From the NCBI RefSeq assembly GCF_023055435.1, contig NW_025964372.1, positions 19,406,001 through 19,470,000 on the forward strand: a DNA stretch of 64,000 bases. Reading direction: 5' to 3'. This stretch comes from Haliotis rufescens (taxonomy: Eukaryota). The position numbers and the translations under genes are program-made. Shown here one piece after another: positions 12,161 through 26,009 of the stretch. Position 1 is the stretch's first letter. The number at the start of each line of letters is the position of its first letter. The notes beneath the pieces were generated by a model that was not told where the DNA came from, ran no database searches, and saw only the letters and a program-made list of their open reading frames with translations.

Positions 12161-13269
12161 AAAACAATCTTAAACATAACATTTTGGTTGAAAACTAGAA
12201 AAAGTGTTTGAAACAGGAGCAGGCCCTTCTAGAACGCCCCTAGAAATCATTACACACCACCGCACATTTCCAGTGTGATATCATTATCTTCGGTTTGGTG
12301 GAATGCTTGCTTACATCACACCAGATTAAAGTATGTCGCCTCTGGCTAACATCCCGAAGATTCCAAAGGCTTTCCCACTGAAGTTACAGCAGTTCAACTC
12401 TAGTGGCATCGTCTCCGACTCAGAAAGTCGTATAACTCTAGTTATGTTATAAAAATGTTATGTCCACTTCCAGTTAAAATATATCAAAGATATGTAGTGG
12501 GATCTAAAAAGAAAATGACCTATACCTCCAGCTACTTTATTATAAGCAGTAATGGTTGAGAATTCCAGTTGCTTTGTTTGTTGTACCTTGTTTGACTCTG
12601 CACTCAACAATATTCCAGCCATATGACTATTAACGGCCACTAAATAATCGAGTGTCGGCCAAAAAATCCAGTTATTTCTGTTGCAAGCAACGATCCATAC
12701 GACATACACCCGTCATTTCTGCTGGATATACGTAGGTTTCTTTGAAGAAATACTGAGTGGGTTTTTGGTTAAAACTCGAAATTTCTGAATCTTAGAAAGC
12801 TCTGATTGGCTCGCTCATACAAGACTGTCACAACTCTTCATACAAACGTAGTCAAATAAAAGAACTACAGCATGCACGTCTTTGAAATTTACAGAACAAG
12901 CTGTTTGAAAATGGTAAAATACTTGGAAGGATCTTATGACCTTATTCATAGGTCACTCTTACCTATTCTTGGACCTGTCTTATGATATACAGTGATCTGC
13001 AGTTAATGCTTCTTGGGTGAGGGAATTAAACCTTTTTACAGGTCACGATATTTTGAGGATGACACGACCCTTCACATCAGTGACCAAAAACGTTTCTCGG
13101 GACTAAAAAGAATACACATAATATATCCCCCTTCCTTTATGACGTCTTCATTAACAACCAAAATCACAGGGGTGGAAATGTCAGGAAGTCGGACATAGGA
13201 CAACGAAAACTTGCCTGCGAAAAATGAAATAAAAATCTCAACCTTGTCTTAGAATTAAAAAACAGTAAC

Positions 13270-13645
13270 TCTTTCACCACAATGCTGCCAAATGGTGTTG
13301 GTGTTAAAAGTGATGCTTTTACTACTATGCTACGCAATGTTCGTGTGACAAGCAACGCTTTTACCACAATGCTGCCAAATGGTGTTCGTGTGACAAGTGA
13401 TGCTTTTAGAACATAAGGTACCCAATGTTCTTGTGACAAGCGACGCTTTTACCATATGCTACCAATGATGTTTGTGTGACAAGTGATGCTTTTACCAATA
13501 TGCTACCCAATGATGTTTGTGTGACATGTGATGCTTTTACCATTATGCTACCAATTATGTTTGCGTGACAAGTGATGATTTAACCACCATGCTACCCAAT
13601 GATATCTGTGAGATAAGCAACACTTTTACCAATATGCTATCCAAT
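13270..13645. repeat. Degenerate ~44-bp tandem repeat, about 8 copies, just 3' of PSMB1
   Basis: Recurring ttttacc..atgctacc.aatg.tgtt.gtgtgacaagtgatgc. Confidence 0.8.
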
Positions 13646-13811
13646 TATTGAATAATAATCAGACAAGACAAATGAGATATGAAGTTTAATCATATTTTCA
13701 TGGTATTTACAGTAATGTAGAAGCACATCACATATACATGAGAAATGGAACAGCACTTGATATTTGGGTCTACATGTCGCAGTGATGTTAAATGAAAATG
13801 ATCTTGATTGT

Positions 13812-16800
13812 TTAGTCTCTCCGTAGTGGGAATTTCTCCACCCTCACGCCGTCCTTGGTGATGACGTTGATGACGATGCCGTCCCCTGTGTAGATGTCCC
13901 TCTCAGCGGCAGAGATAAAGACGTCTTTTACGAGAGCTACACACTTCTCTTGTGTGAGGGGAACCTTGGTTACACCCTCTTGGTTCTTGAAGCCGATCTG
14001 AAATGATTAACATTATATAAAACAATTTAGTACTTTGATGGTGTCTGCACTATTTCAGTCTGCGACTTTAGTCACTAGCCTGAAGCCGGAGTCTTGTAAA
14101 CCTCTGTTCAGTCTAGTTACTTCAGCTGATAGCAGTCCATAAAATAACACTAAATTCTACTGAAAAGGTTGCTAGGGGCCATGTAAGGGCTAGTAGTTTC
14201 AAAAGCTTTTGGTACAGACATGTACAACTGTTAGCTGCGGCAACTGAATCTTTGTAACTGGTGTCACATAGTTACACAGAGGAAGGGAGGTAACTCCACC
14301 CTTGTTACTCAAGCAAACCCAAGAGCATGCGAAAACCAGAGCAATCATAAACCTGTAAGGCAAATCGCCATAAAACATTTATTCAGTCAATCTGACACTG
14401 CTTTTTTAAACACTATTTCTCTCATACCACGGCATGACAGTTAAATGAGAGGAAATCCTAATGCCATGCAGGCTGTAGATGATTACCACAGTATCAGCAA
14501 TGATACAAGCAAATGATCATAATCAAGGTGATCCAAGGTGCCAGAAAACAAGCCATGTCATTGCTCCACTTCATAATAATAACCTAATTTCAGGATGGGT
14601 AATTTCCCAACTTTTCCAATTACAGAGACAATCATTATATCACATATTCTTTCTACCGATGGGGACCACAGGTTTGTCAGGCCCGGTATGAGTATTTACA
14701 GATCCATATATTGATGACTGTGACATGGAAGGACAACAAACTATACTTCCGTGTGTGTCCCTGACTCACCTGGTTGTCCAGGAGGGGCTGCAGCATGGCA
14801 CTGGCTGACCCCCCAGCTCTGTATGCTTCTCTCTCATAGGAGCCCACTGGGTCAAAACTGTACACACACCCTTTACCTGCAACACAACCAGAGTGCAATT
14901 TACCTCTGAATGTACATCATGGTAGCTTTCCCTATTGAACATATTCTACAAAATTACAAATATTCAATAAACTTAGTTGGCCAAGTTAATTTCCTTTTAG
15001 CATGTTTAACTTTACTGATTTCTTTGTCCATATGCCAGGATGCAGGAGGCAAAATTGACATTGTGCTAATTGCCAGCTTACAGATACATAACGCCATATG
15101 TTGTATAATTTAGGGTATACATATATTTTGTTCATCAATTTCCATTAAAAAGCCAAAATTAAAATAACTATAGTAATATGAAAGAATGTGGTGTTCTTGC
15201 CCTTCTTCTTAGTAGTATGTATGTACATTGTATACAATGCATTTGATCAATTATTAATTCAATGATTACCAGTTACTTGTTTGATTTTTGTAGATCTGTC
15301 AAAATTGCGGCTTTTGCCTTGCAATTTGTAAACCTAAAAATAAATAAGCACACTGCCTTAGCATGGTAAGATCTTATTTGACAAACATGTTCTACCTTCG
15401 TCGTCAAGACCTCCGATTATGTTGTAAACATAGTATGGAAAGAATCGTCTGTAGTACAACATTGTTGACAGCATAGCTGCTATAGCGGATGTCGTCATCT
15501 TCTTGTGGTGATCATGGTCATAGATCTGAAGAAAACAGTTCAGGATAGCAAAACAGGTGAGATGAAATGAGGTTTAACGTCACGTTCAAGATTACTGCAC
15601 TCATCTAGCTATGTGCATGCCATGCGTGTCTGGACTAATGCCGGTTTTATGGTGCTTTTGTTTGTTTGATTTTAAGCGCAGCACTCAGCAATATTCCAGA
15701 TATATGATGGTGATCTGAAAATAATGGAGTCTGGAGCAGACAATCCAGTGGGAGACATCATGAGAATCGATCTATGCAGTTGTGATACGACACGTATCAG
15801 CCAAGTCAACAAACCTGACCACCCGATCCTGCTGCCTCTTATGACAAGCATAGTTGCCTTTTACGGCAAGCATGGGTTGCTGAAGACACACTTTAACCGG
15901 ATCTTCACAGGTATTATATAGTGCTAGACCACTGGAAAAGAAGTATTACCACGTATGAATGCAATGTGGTCCACCAGAACTACAAAGCTGTGGACAGTTT
16001 TACAGAACTGTTCTGAAATATATTGAAAGGATTCAAATGACTACTCTCAGTCTAGTAGTCTACAAAGCATCACTTAAAATGTCCTTGGTATATATACTAA
16101 ACTTACTCTTTAGATATTTATGATATTGTCATAGGAATGAACTTACCTTTAATCTTGCCTTGAGAACTTTAGTAAGTGTCAATACATCACCATGGAAACC
16201 ACAGGCACCCAAAACCGTGTTATCGGTCCTGAAAAATTTATTATATGTTGTTATTTCTAAAGTAAATATTTTTGTACAGTTCATCTGTCCATTTTACAGT
16301 TAGTTTTCAAGAAGAAATGATTCCATTTCATGTTCCATTACGAACAGTGCAAAATCTATCAATAGACTAAAATAGAACATTATTTCATCTTCTTTCATAG
16401 ACATATCTTCACTTCAAACAATGGAACTGAATGATATTGCAGGATTTTACTATCAATCAGATTCTCATGGTCCAAAGTGTGTTATTGAGTGAATGATGTG
16501 TAACATTACATCAGTGCAATCTGTAAATATCAAGTCATGGCCAGAGATACCAGTGGTTGCAAAAGCAATGACCCAAAAGATATACCTGGTATACTCAAAA
16601 GGTGTCATATGACAATAATATTTATTAACAACATGACTTAGCTCCTTTATTTGGGACAAATCACTTTTCTGTATAATTATATTACTGTTGCTAATCATAT
16701 ATTTTCATATTCCTTTACCAAAAATAAAAATGAAAGATAAATATTATTGAAAGACAAACGTTCTGCCTGAATACAATAACTATTGGTAATGGAATACTTA

Positions 16801-19177
16801 CATCTGATAGGTCTTGGGCATCTCTCTGGAGTGAATGGAGAATCCTTCACTCAGCCTAGTATCAGATGCAACCACTGAAAAATCCTCTCCCGCTATTGCC
16901 AGAACAGTGCTGAAAGACAACACAGCATGAAATATGTTTGTCATTACACTTACAGATGATTGAGTGAATATTTGTCATATTATGGCATGGCAGCTCAATG
17001 TGAGTGAGTTGGGTTTAACGCTGCTTTTAACAGTATTCCAGTTATATCACGGCGTGTCAGCTTAATGTTGGAGGAAAGCCTGATGTGATGCAGGTCTCAG
17101 ACGTTTACCACTTCGGTGAAACCAACAAGCATGGGTATGGTGCTGACAAACCTAGAAACATAATCGGGGCGAACCGGGATTCGAACCCACAATCATAGGT
17201 TTCTGGCGTGCCCAAGGGACGCAACTCTGCACAGTGAATCACGGCGCCTCAGACGACTGGGCCACCCGTGCCCCCCAGCTCAATGTGAAAGGGGAGTTCA
17301 AAGTGATGTTGGTCAAATATACACTAACCACTCAGTGTCAGGTGACACACCCAACCATGTCCCAAGGTGCTGGTATACAAATGATGATAATCATCATAAT
17401 CACGGTGAATCTGGGATACAATCAAATCATAACATAGGCCTAGTCAGGGGTGCAGGCTAAAACGGCACCTCAGCAAAACGTCACCGATTTCTCTGGCGAA
17501 AACGGCACCGCATTTGGCGAAAACGGCTACTATGTGTCGGGTGAAAACGGCACCTCTATTTTTAATAATGATAAGAACGATTTTTATGGTAATATATATT
17601 GTAAATAATTGTGATCTGGCAGCACCATGTTAGGCCTCTTAAATACAGTTTCAGTTTAAATTGAGTAAAGGTACTCAGAGACTATATGGTCTCTGAGGTA
17701 CTTAACACTTCAAAGCACATAGTGTTTTCACATTAAAGGGGAAGTGTACACGCAAAAGTTACTTTCTTTCTTTTTCTAAACAAAACGCAATTTTAGAATT
17801 AGTTAGTATCTGTGTTTGAAAATATACACTCATTTTTTCACAGTGAAAGTAGGAAGCTCACAATAGTGTGAAAATGATAAGCCGTTATGAGGCCTTCGTT
17901 TTTCGAGCTAAACAGGCCTGAGTTATCCCCCTTAGATTATGACGTAATTGGTGCCAATTCAACTGGGTCCCTGTCTATTCTCAACGCAAAAGATATCAAG
18001 TACCAGTTTGCGGTAAAACAACATGGCCTACGACACACTCCGGCGCAGTGGTGACTCAGCATAACACTATGCTAGCTGGCATCTGAGACGCAAGAATCAC
18101 ACAACTGTACCTACACCACGTGAAGCGGCTCTAACAAAGCATGATGACGTCATAATGTTTATCAATTGGCACCAATGACGTCATATTGCAAGGGGCATAA
18201 GCCATGGTGTTTTTGTTATGGAAATAGAACACTTGGTAAATGTGAAAAATATAAATAGCTTTAATGCGAAAATTATGTTGATTAATTGTGATATTTTTAT
18301 ATTTTTGTCTATGACACTTCTAGGTTAACACTTTTAATGTGGAAAAAGTACAAGAAATATAGGTTCATTTCCGTGTGAACTTGCCCTTTAAGTTAACTGC
18401 GCCTCCCAATCAGTCGGCGAGTAAATAAGAGTAGGGGTCTAATTTCTTACTTGTTTTATTTCACAATTTCACAATTATTTGTGTTTGTAAAGACGACGTG
18501 AGTTTAATTTCTATTATTTTTCTTCAAAGCATGTCATGTTTTCACAATAAGTTGTGTTGTGTATAAGCTAAGTTGGATTATAGTTGGAGTAGAGGCTAAT
18601 GTAAACTTGTTTTAGCATCTCACAATTATATTGGTGTTTGCAAGTTACCATATAAGTTTAATAGCACTTTTTTGACCAAGGTAAAAAAAAAAAATAAGGT
18701 GCCGTTTTCGCCAGGCAATAGTAGCCGTTTTCGCTTGAGTCGAGGTGGCGTTTTCGCCAATCGGTGCCGTTTTCGCCCGGTGACGTTTTGCTGAGGTGCC
18801 GTTTTCGCTATAACCCCCTAGTCAGTACTACTACTACAACTATTAGATCTAGAACATTATCCATGTTCAACAAACGTTTGCTGCACAATTTTACTGCTTT
18901 GTTAAGGATTTGCTATTGGAACTCATACAGTTAGTATGTGCCTCGATCAAATGTTGAGAATAGGCTACATGCTACATCGAAGCCTATCCATCATCATCAT
19001 TCAACACTGTTCACGTCTTGTTTGTAGCCTGTTACAACCAAGTGTAAGTGTCCAAATTCCTGCTTACCCTCCGTTAAATGTGTATGGGTTGAAATGAGCC
19101 TGCTTTGGATTCCCGTACTGATACATTTCTCCTCCTTCGGGATAACCCTGGACAATTGCAGGATCCATCCTCAGCAT
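13812..19177 (-). CDS. PSMB1: Proteasome subunit beta type-1 (240 aa, 6 exons)
   Basis: Exons 19177-19068, 16909-16802, 16228-16147, 15525-15396, 14876-14770 and 13997-13812; all GT-AG and in phase, 723 nt. Motifs [80 protein letters not shown]. Confidence 0.97.
17004..17275 (-). mobile_element. SINE family C, full length, 13-bp TSD
   Basis: TSD CAGCTCAATGTGA at 16991-17003 and 17276-17288; tRNA-like A and B boxes. Confidence 0.9.
17448..18816. mobile_element. Non-autonomous Mutator/MULE-like DNA transposon in PSMB1 intron 1
   Basis: 9-bp TSD CCTAGTCAG (17439-17447 and 18817-18825). TIRs GGGT...AAAACGGCACCTCAGCAAAACGTCACCG, with subterminal GAAAACGGCACC repeats at both ends. Confidence 0.85.
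17737..18387. mobile_element. Non-autonomous Kolobok-like MITE nested in the MULE
   Basis: TTAA TSD; purine-starting TIRs AGGGGAAGTGTACACGCAAA / AGGGCAAGTTCACACGGAAA; internal inverted repeat about 17921-17959 vs 18164-18200. Confidence 0.75.
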
Positions 19178-19442
19178 TTTCAAAGTATGACTTAGCTCTT
19201 CTGTTTGGGAAAATGGCAGACGAAATCTCGTTTCACTTGTCACGTGACCTGTCCATATTTGTTTGTTGACAAGTAATAAAGGACGATTTGTGCCTTTACT
19301 ACTAAAAGCACACTTAAAAAAGTAAATAGTCACGACATGGTTTATCGTAATACTTAAGTATAAGGTTTTCTGGGGGTCTTTATCTTTATCTTTTAAGACA
19401 AATCTCGCCTCTACGAGACTTCATAGAAGCGGCATATTCAGC
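19178..19442. promoter_or_regulatory. Bidirectional promoter region shared by PSMB1 and LSM2
   Basis: Only 265 bp between the divergent ATGs. Contains palindromic GTCACGTGAC (19239-19248) and a YY1-like AAAATGGC (19210-19217). Confidence 0.7.
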
Positions 19443-22400
19443 ATGGTAATTTGAGTTCGTGATAGATTGTCACAAATACAATCGCAACGGGATATTTTCG
19501 TCCTTTTGAATATTTCACTTCAGTGCATGACTGCAAAGTATGGTTGTTCATCATGTGTTCAGAACTAATTTAGGCGACATCATGAAATAGTTCCGTTAGC
19601 GTTGATTTTGTAGCAGGTGCTTGTAAGTTCGTTACCCGATCGTAAACGTGACGAACCCACTATATCTTGAAGTAAGGGTTCAATAGGCTTTATTATGATC
19701 TTAGTGACATAACCTTTTCAACTCTTGCATATTGTATCGCATTGTTTCATTGATATATTTATGACAGAAAAGAAATGCTAAATAAATGTCAGAAGGGACA
19801 TAAAATCACTCAATGGTGGGGCCTTGCATTGTTTTCTGGAACTGTGTCGTGTATCTCGTCTTAGTTTTGATTTTAAGGGAGTCAACATATTGGCCACATC
19901 GTCTATGCTTTATTGGCATGAGGCCAGACTGCAGTTTTCTTGTCAAGTTGCATCCCTTTTGTAACTGGCATGATCTGCTGATTATCCAGTTGTATTCCAA
20001 TTTGCCCCGATTTAGTGAGAATGATCCTTCATCTTTGTTTCTCAACATGATTCACATGATAATCGTCTATAACCTGCAACACATTGCACTTCCTGTCTAT
20101 AGCTTTGTAGTAGTTGGACCATACACTGACTGATGCTCCAGTTGATTGCAATATTTTACATCTCAATACAAGTATCAATCGAAATCGCACACTAAGTATT
20201 GATTCTTACCTTAAATGTATCCTTTAATAAATGTTGCACCAAACACTAATTTCTAATGAAAATGAGTAGTGAAAACATATTTTTTCATCAATATTTTCAT
20301 CCATTGTGCCATATTTGACTCTGACAGTGACATTGACAAATCGTAAGTGTGCCAGGTATTTGGCCACCCTGTCTATGAAAAAGATGGCTTACGCACCACA
20401 GATAAGGGCACATAGAAGTATTGTGATACGTATTGGATTGCACAAGTGGGGTATCGTCCCAGCCCTAATAACTGGCAACACATTGCACTTTGCACTCTCC
20501 GTCTATAACCTTCCCCCCTTTATTGTAACAGTGTGCAATAAAACTGAAATACAACCCAAATTTGTGATAAACCAATTCATTCACTTGACATAAAAGGTTC
20601 CCACTGTATAGGTGTTTAGTTACTAATTTTACATCCATCCACAAATTTTACTGTAGTTAACCATGGTACTTTGGCAGGTTACTCGTGATTATCCGGGTTA
20701 GAATGGGTCTTCTGCAACCCATGCTTGCTGCATGTGCTGTAATAGGTGACTATGCTTGTTGTAAGAGGTGACTAACAGGATCGGGTGGTCAGGCTTGCCG
20801 ACTTGGTTGATGTATGTCATCATATCCCAATTGCATAGATCAATGCTCATGATGTCAATCACTGGATTGTCTGGTCCAGTCTTGATTATTTACAGATCGC
20901 TGCTATATAGCTGGAACATTACTGAGTGTGTTGTTAAACAACAAACAACAATCTTTGATAGGTTGGTTTGAAGGGCAGAGAAAGGCTGTGAAGCAAGGAA
21001 GATAAGCATGCTGAGTAAAATGCACTATTCAGTCAATGTCTGACTTCCCACAAATGTGATGAAAACACTTCATTTATATTCACATGGGGCAGTCGGGTAG
21101 CCTTATGGTTAAAGCGTTCGCTTGTCACGCCAAAGACCCGGGTTTGATTTCCGACATGGTACAATGTGTGAAGCCCATTTCTGGTGTCCCCTGCCGTGAT
21201 ATTGCTGGAATATTGCTAAAAACGGCGTAAAACCATACTCACTCACTCATATTCACATGTCATTGTAATATTCAGACAACCAAAGGGAGATAACCCTACT
21301 AACTTACATTAAAGTATTGGCTCAGATTGTTAGAAGAGCTTCTCTGTGCATCTGTTTTTGTCACTGATATATGTTTCAATATTTTGTCCTTTCAGCTATT
21401 CTATTCCTTTTTCAAGTCCCTTGTTGGGAAAGATGTGGTGGTAGAGTTAAAGAATGACTTGAGGTAGGTACTTTTGTTCAGATGCATTTGGGGCCATGAG
21501 TGGCCCAGTCATCTGAGGTGCCGTAATTTGCTGTGTCAGATTGTGTCCCTTGGGTTTGCCAGAATCTGATGATCACTTGATTGAATCTTGGTTCGTCCTG
21601 ATTGTGTTTTTAGGTTTTGTCAGCTCCTTACCTGTGCTCATGGGTTTCACCAAAGTGGTAAATGTCTGCATCTCGTCCTTCCTCTCATGTCAAGACACAC
21701 GCCGTGATATATATTCATTACTGTTCAAAGTGGCGTTAAACCCAACTCACTCACTAGGTCAGATACAGTGGTTTGTTATAGTTACAACTTGAAGCATGTG
21801 TTAACTCCCTTATATGTGTATGAAACAGTACTTGTATGATTCACGACTGGGAGTACCTATTTCCTGTTTCAAATGATAATTATCATATTCCATTTTGATA
21901 AGAACAATACAGAGATAGACACCAATGTCACTGTGTTGTAAATTAGAATGTTTTACCTTACACAATAGGTCTGTAGTAATTGTAATCATGGTAGCCACAC
22001 TCAGGGTTAGCAGCATTAGAAATTGGTCCTTGTCCAACTGTCCAATGGTTAAGGTATGACAAGGACTAGTAGAATTTGGCCGTTTTTAAGGGTTTTGCTA
22101 TGTGTAATCATTATAAAGGCTAGTGAACTAAAACTGTTAGTTTCTACCGCTGGGTTAGGGTTAACCCTTATCACTGAACGTAGGTTACTTGTAATATTCT
22201 TCAACAGCATTATCCTACCTTTTATGAAACACTTGGTCTGGCACAAATTTAGTCATCATAGACTGAATGCTTGTGTCACTGACTACACCATGAGTTGGAT
22301 GGACTCTAGTCCATGGTTATTTTGGCCTACCAGTTTACATTACTTGATATTGTGAGAATACAGCCAGTGCTTTCAGATTTTCACTACAGCCTTAGAAATT

Positions 22401-24041
22401 CAACTTTTTTGAAACTAGTCCAGATGATTTGGAAACCTTTATTCACAATTCCTCAGACTTTGCAGGTAGTCCTGTTTGAACAAGACCAAAATGTTTACCA
22501 TGTTTACATTTTCTGTTAAGTTTTGTTCAGTTCCACAATGTAGAAAAATTGAAGTCTTAAGACCTGGTTCAGAAGTATGTCACTCAAATGCTACTAGTCA
22601 ATAAAGACTACCATCATTGGATATTTACTTGTCCTCAGCACCATTTAGTTGGGGCGAGCGGACTAGCGTTAATTAGGAATGTTGCTCTTGTGTGTGATAG
22701 ACGATATGTGTATGTTCTTCATGTGTTTATTTCAGTATTTGTGGCACCTTACATTCTGTGGACCAGTTTCTCAATATCAAGTTGACAGATATCAGCATCA
22801 CGGATCCTGACAAGTACCCACACATGGTGAGCCCCCCAGTAGGAGGAAACTATGTCCTACTGGCTAGCGTACTTCCAGTGTTCATAGTATCATATAGCAA
22901 CCCATGCTTGCTGTAAAAGGTGACTATGCTTGTCATAAAAGGCAACTAACGGGATCGGGTGGTCAGGCTCGCTGACTTGGTTGATGCATGTCATCGATCC
23001 CAATTGTGTGGATCGATGCTCATTATATTAATCACTGGAGTGTCTGGTCCAGATTCGATTATTTAGACCGCCGTCATGTAGCTGGAATATTGCTGAGTGC
23101 GGCGTAAAACCAACCAACCATAGTATCATATTCATGTATAGAAAGCATATCCTGGACCCTTTTGCCATCATAGCTTTGCAGTCTGGTTAGAATGACATAG
23201 TGGTTATAAATAGCTGTCCAATCAGTCTTTCCTGATTGAAACTAGCAGTGACACCACCAGTACATGACATCCATCTCTAATATGACTGTGAGCCTCTTGC
23301 AGCATAATGCTTTCACTCTCCTTGTCTAATAAATTAAGAAAACATCTATTCCAGTTAAAAGTTCATGGAAGACAATATTAACTTATTTTTAAATATATGA
23401 TGCACTCACTCATATGGGGCCACTGTTTTGAATGTGGATGAATGACAAACGCTCATTCAGAAGAGCTATTTTGATTGGTTGTCAAATTCAAGCTCAAGAG
23501 CAAGAGAAATTCATGATGGTGAATAGTTCCACGGTATTTATTATGATATAATGGAGATAAAATATGCTGTATATTTATTCTATGACTAGGCAGGTTTCAC
23601 TGCTGAGAAGAGACACTGTTTACTTTACCATCGAAATGTATCCTGGGTACAAAATGATATATATCTTAGTGTACCCTGATTTTGGAAGTCTTGCAATAGT
23701 TTGTCATAAGTGTATTCATGGTCAAATTACAGCATTTAACAACATGGTCACTCCCTCCAGACTGTATGTTGTGGGTGGGTTACTGGCAAGAATTCTTTCA
23801 AGTTGTCAATGCTAACATTAAATAAACACTACTGCATTTGCCCCCTCGGTAAGAGGCTGCTGCTGATGGTCAGTTTGATCCACGAGTTAATTCCTCTAAT
23901 GTTCCCTTTCAGTTGTCAGTGAAGACATGCTTCATTCGAGGATCTGTTGTGCGATATGTTCAGCTGCCTGCGGACGAGTGTGACACACAGCTGCTGCAGG
24001 ATGCAGCGCGCAAAGAGGCAGCTCAGAACAAGCAGCGATGA
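19443..24041 (+). CDS. LSM2: U6 snRNA-associated Sm-like protein LSm2 (96 aa, 4 exons)
   Basis: Exons 19443-19445 (ATG only), 21396-21463, 22736-22826 and 23913-24041. Protein MLFYSFFKSLVGKDVVVELKNDLSICGTLHSVDQFLNIKLTDISITDPDKYPHMLSVKTCFIRGSVVRYVQLPADECDTQLLQDAARKEAAQNKQR. Confidence 0.95.
20681..20950 (+). mobile_element. Family B SINE-like element
   Basis: atccgggttagaatgggtcttc...gatcgggtggtcaggc...gctggaacattactgagtgtgttgttaaacaacaaac. Confidence 0.8.
21086..21248 (+). mobile_element. SINE family A with TSD
   Basis: TSD ATATTCACAT at 21076-21085 and 21249-21258. Confidence 0.85.
21491..21755 (+). mobile_element. SINE family C, diverged copy
   Basis: tggcccagtcatctgaggtgcc...gacacacgccgtgatatat...ggcgttaaacccaactcactcac. 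Confidence 0.7.
22896..23118 (+). mobile_element. 5'-truncated family B element, 13-bp TSD
   Basis: TSD CATAGTATCATAT at 22883-22895 and 23119-23131. Confidence 0.85.
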
Positions 24042-25380
24042 TACTCCGCTCACAGGACAGTGAGAAGCACTGTGGACTTCAGTGACATTGAGAGAATGTG
24101 GACGTGTGTGTTGGAGAGATTGTGTTGACATCAACGGAAGCATGGAACTTGCATCACCTAGCAGATCATTGTCAATACTTTATGGGTTTGTATACGCTAT
24201 GTTCCTCACCTGGGAATACATTCTGCCATTTTGTGGTATAGTTTCTCATTTTAAGCCAGGTTCATTATAGAAGGAACCATCTGGTGCTCCTACCAGAAAC
24301 AGCTATTATTGTGTTGTGTTGTGTTGTGCAGCATGTGCCTTCATCTACATACTGCTTTAATCCACCACGGGTAAGCTTCATACATGCTACCTACATCCCA
24401 TGAAGATGGGGTAAGGATTTGCCTTCAGCAACTGATGCTTGTCGTAAGGGACGACTAACGGGATGGTTAAGCATGTGACTATTACTATTACTCCACATCT
24501 CTGCCCAGTGAGGCAGGTGAGGGAGGAACCCAGTGTATACAAATCTGTGAAGTACTGACGATGCCAGCTGGGGACTGTTGTACAGAAGATGGACTATGTC
24601 TGGACTGGCGCCTTCTTTGATGAAGGGGTTGTAACGTCGGTTTTATGAAATATCACATTCGGATCGTACAAATGTTGGAAGCTTTTTTCAGCTGTTCTTG
24701 AAAAATGGAAGGATCAAGGTTTTAGTTCAAAATTGGTAATAATTTACATCAGGGTCAAAATTCATGGTAATATCACCCTGGATTGGTATTTGACACAATT
24801 TATTGCAGTCAGGTAATTGATTTGTTTACTGTATTGAGAGAATTCTTTATTGACTTTTGTTGTCAAAGTTTTTGAAAAATGATGTGAGAATGTGAAAAAG
24901 TTAATTTTTTCAGTTTTATGATACAAGTTAAATCTTTTGTAAATAAAACATATACATGCTGAAATTTGTTTTTCTATTATAAGTTTCTTAAAGATGTGAA
25001 GATGGTTCTTCAGTAGCATAAGAGAAGCTGTCACCACATACTACTTGCATATCCTGAATGGATCCAGGATTATTAATAAAGAGGAGGCTAAGGTGGAGTG
25101 AATGACAACTGAATCCCAGTCAGAAGTCACACACTTGAGGAAGCCACTGCCTTAGGGTTGTCACGTAGGGTGTCTGAAAAACAGGGCTATGCAGTATTTA
25201 AATTATTAATTTGTTATACCCCACACTGGGTTTGTCAACATTAGAAATTGTTTTGCTAATACCCCGGCTGATGAAATTTGCTGAAACTGACATGAAACAT
25301 GAAAACAAGTATGGTTTCATACATGACTACTACTTACAGCTTAAGTCAGCCTTGGGGGTACACTGGTTAATGGCCTTACA

Positions 25381-25618
25381 TAAGTGAGTGAGTGAGTGAG
25401 TGAGTGAGCGGTGTTTAACGCCCCTTTTTACAGTATTCCAGTTATATCACAGCATGTCAGTTTACCACTTCGGTGAAACCCACGAGCACAGGTATGGTGC
25501 TGACAAACCTAGAAACATAATCAGGGCGAACCACAATCATAGGCCTCTGGCGTGCCCAAGGGACGCAACTCTGCACAGTGAAGATCAGCGCCTTAGACGA
25601 CTGGGCCACCCATGCCCC
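25381..25618 (-). mobile_element. SINE family C with TSD
   Basis: TSD TGGCCTTACA at 25371-25380 and 25619-25628; (GTGA)n tail. Confidence 0.85.
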
Positions 25619-26009
25619 TGGCCTTACAATGAAAAGGATGCAAGTTTGAAACCCTGGGCATAAACATTTACTCATGACTTGTATTTTGATAAAAATCAGG
25701 ATTTTGAGGAAACCATTAACATAAATAATCTTAGCATGGCAACACCAAATAAATGTAGGGGTATTATCATGAAGCCTGTATGTTTGGAAAGGTTGGTTGG
25801 TTGGTTTGTTATTTAACGCCGCACTTAGCAATATACCAGCTATATGACGTCTGTCTGTTAATAATCTAGTCTGGACCAGACAATCCTGTGATTGATATCA
25901 TGAGCATCGATCCACGCAATTGGGATTGATGACATGCATCAACCAAGCGAACCTGACCACTCGACTCCATTAGTCGCCTTTTACCCTGGATTTTCACAGG
26001 GAAAGGAGG

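Noticed and set aside
25264-25300. CTGATGA...GAAAC hammerhead-like words (also near 13076 and 37976)
   Set aside because: No supporting stems I-III.
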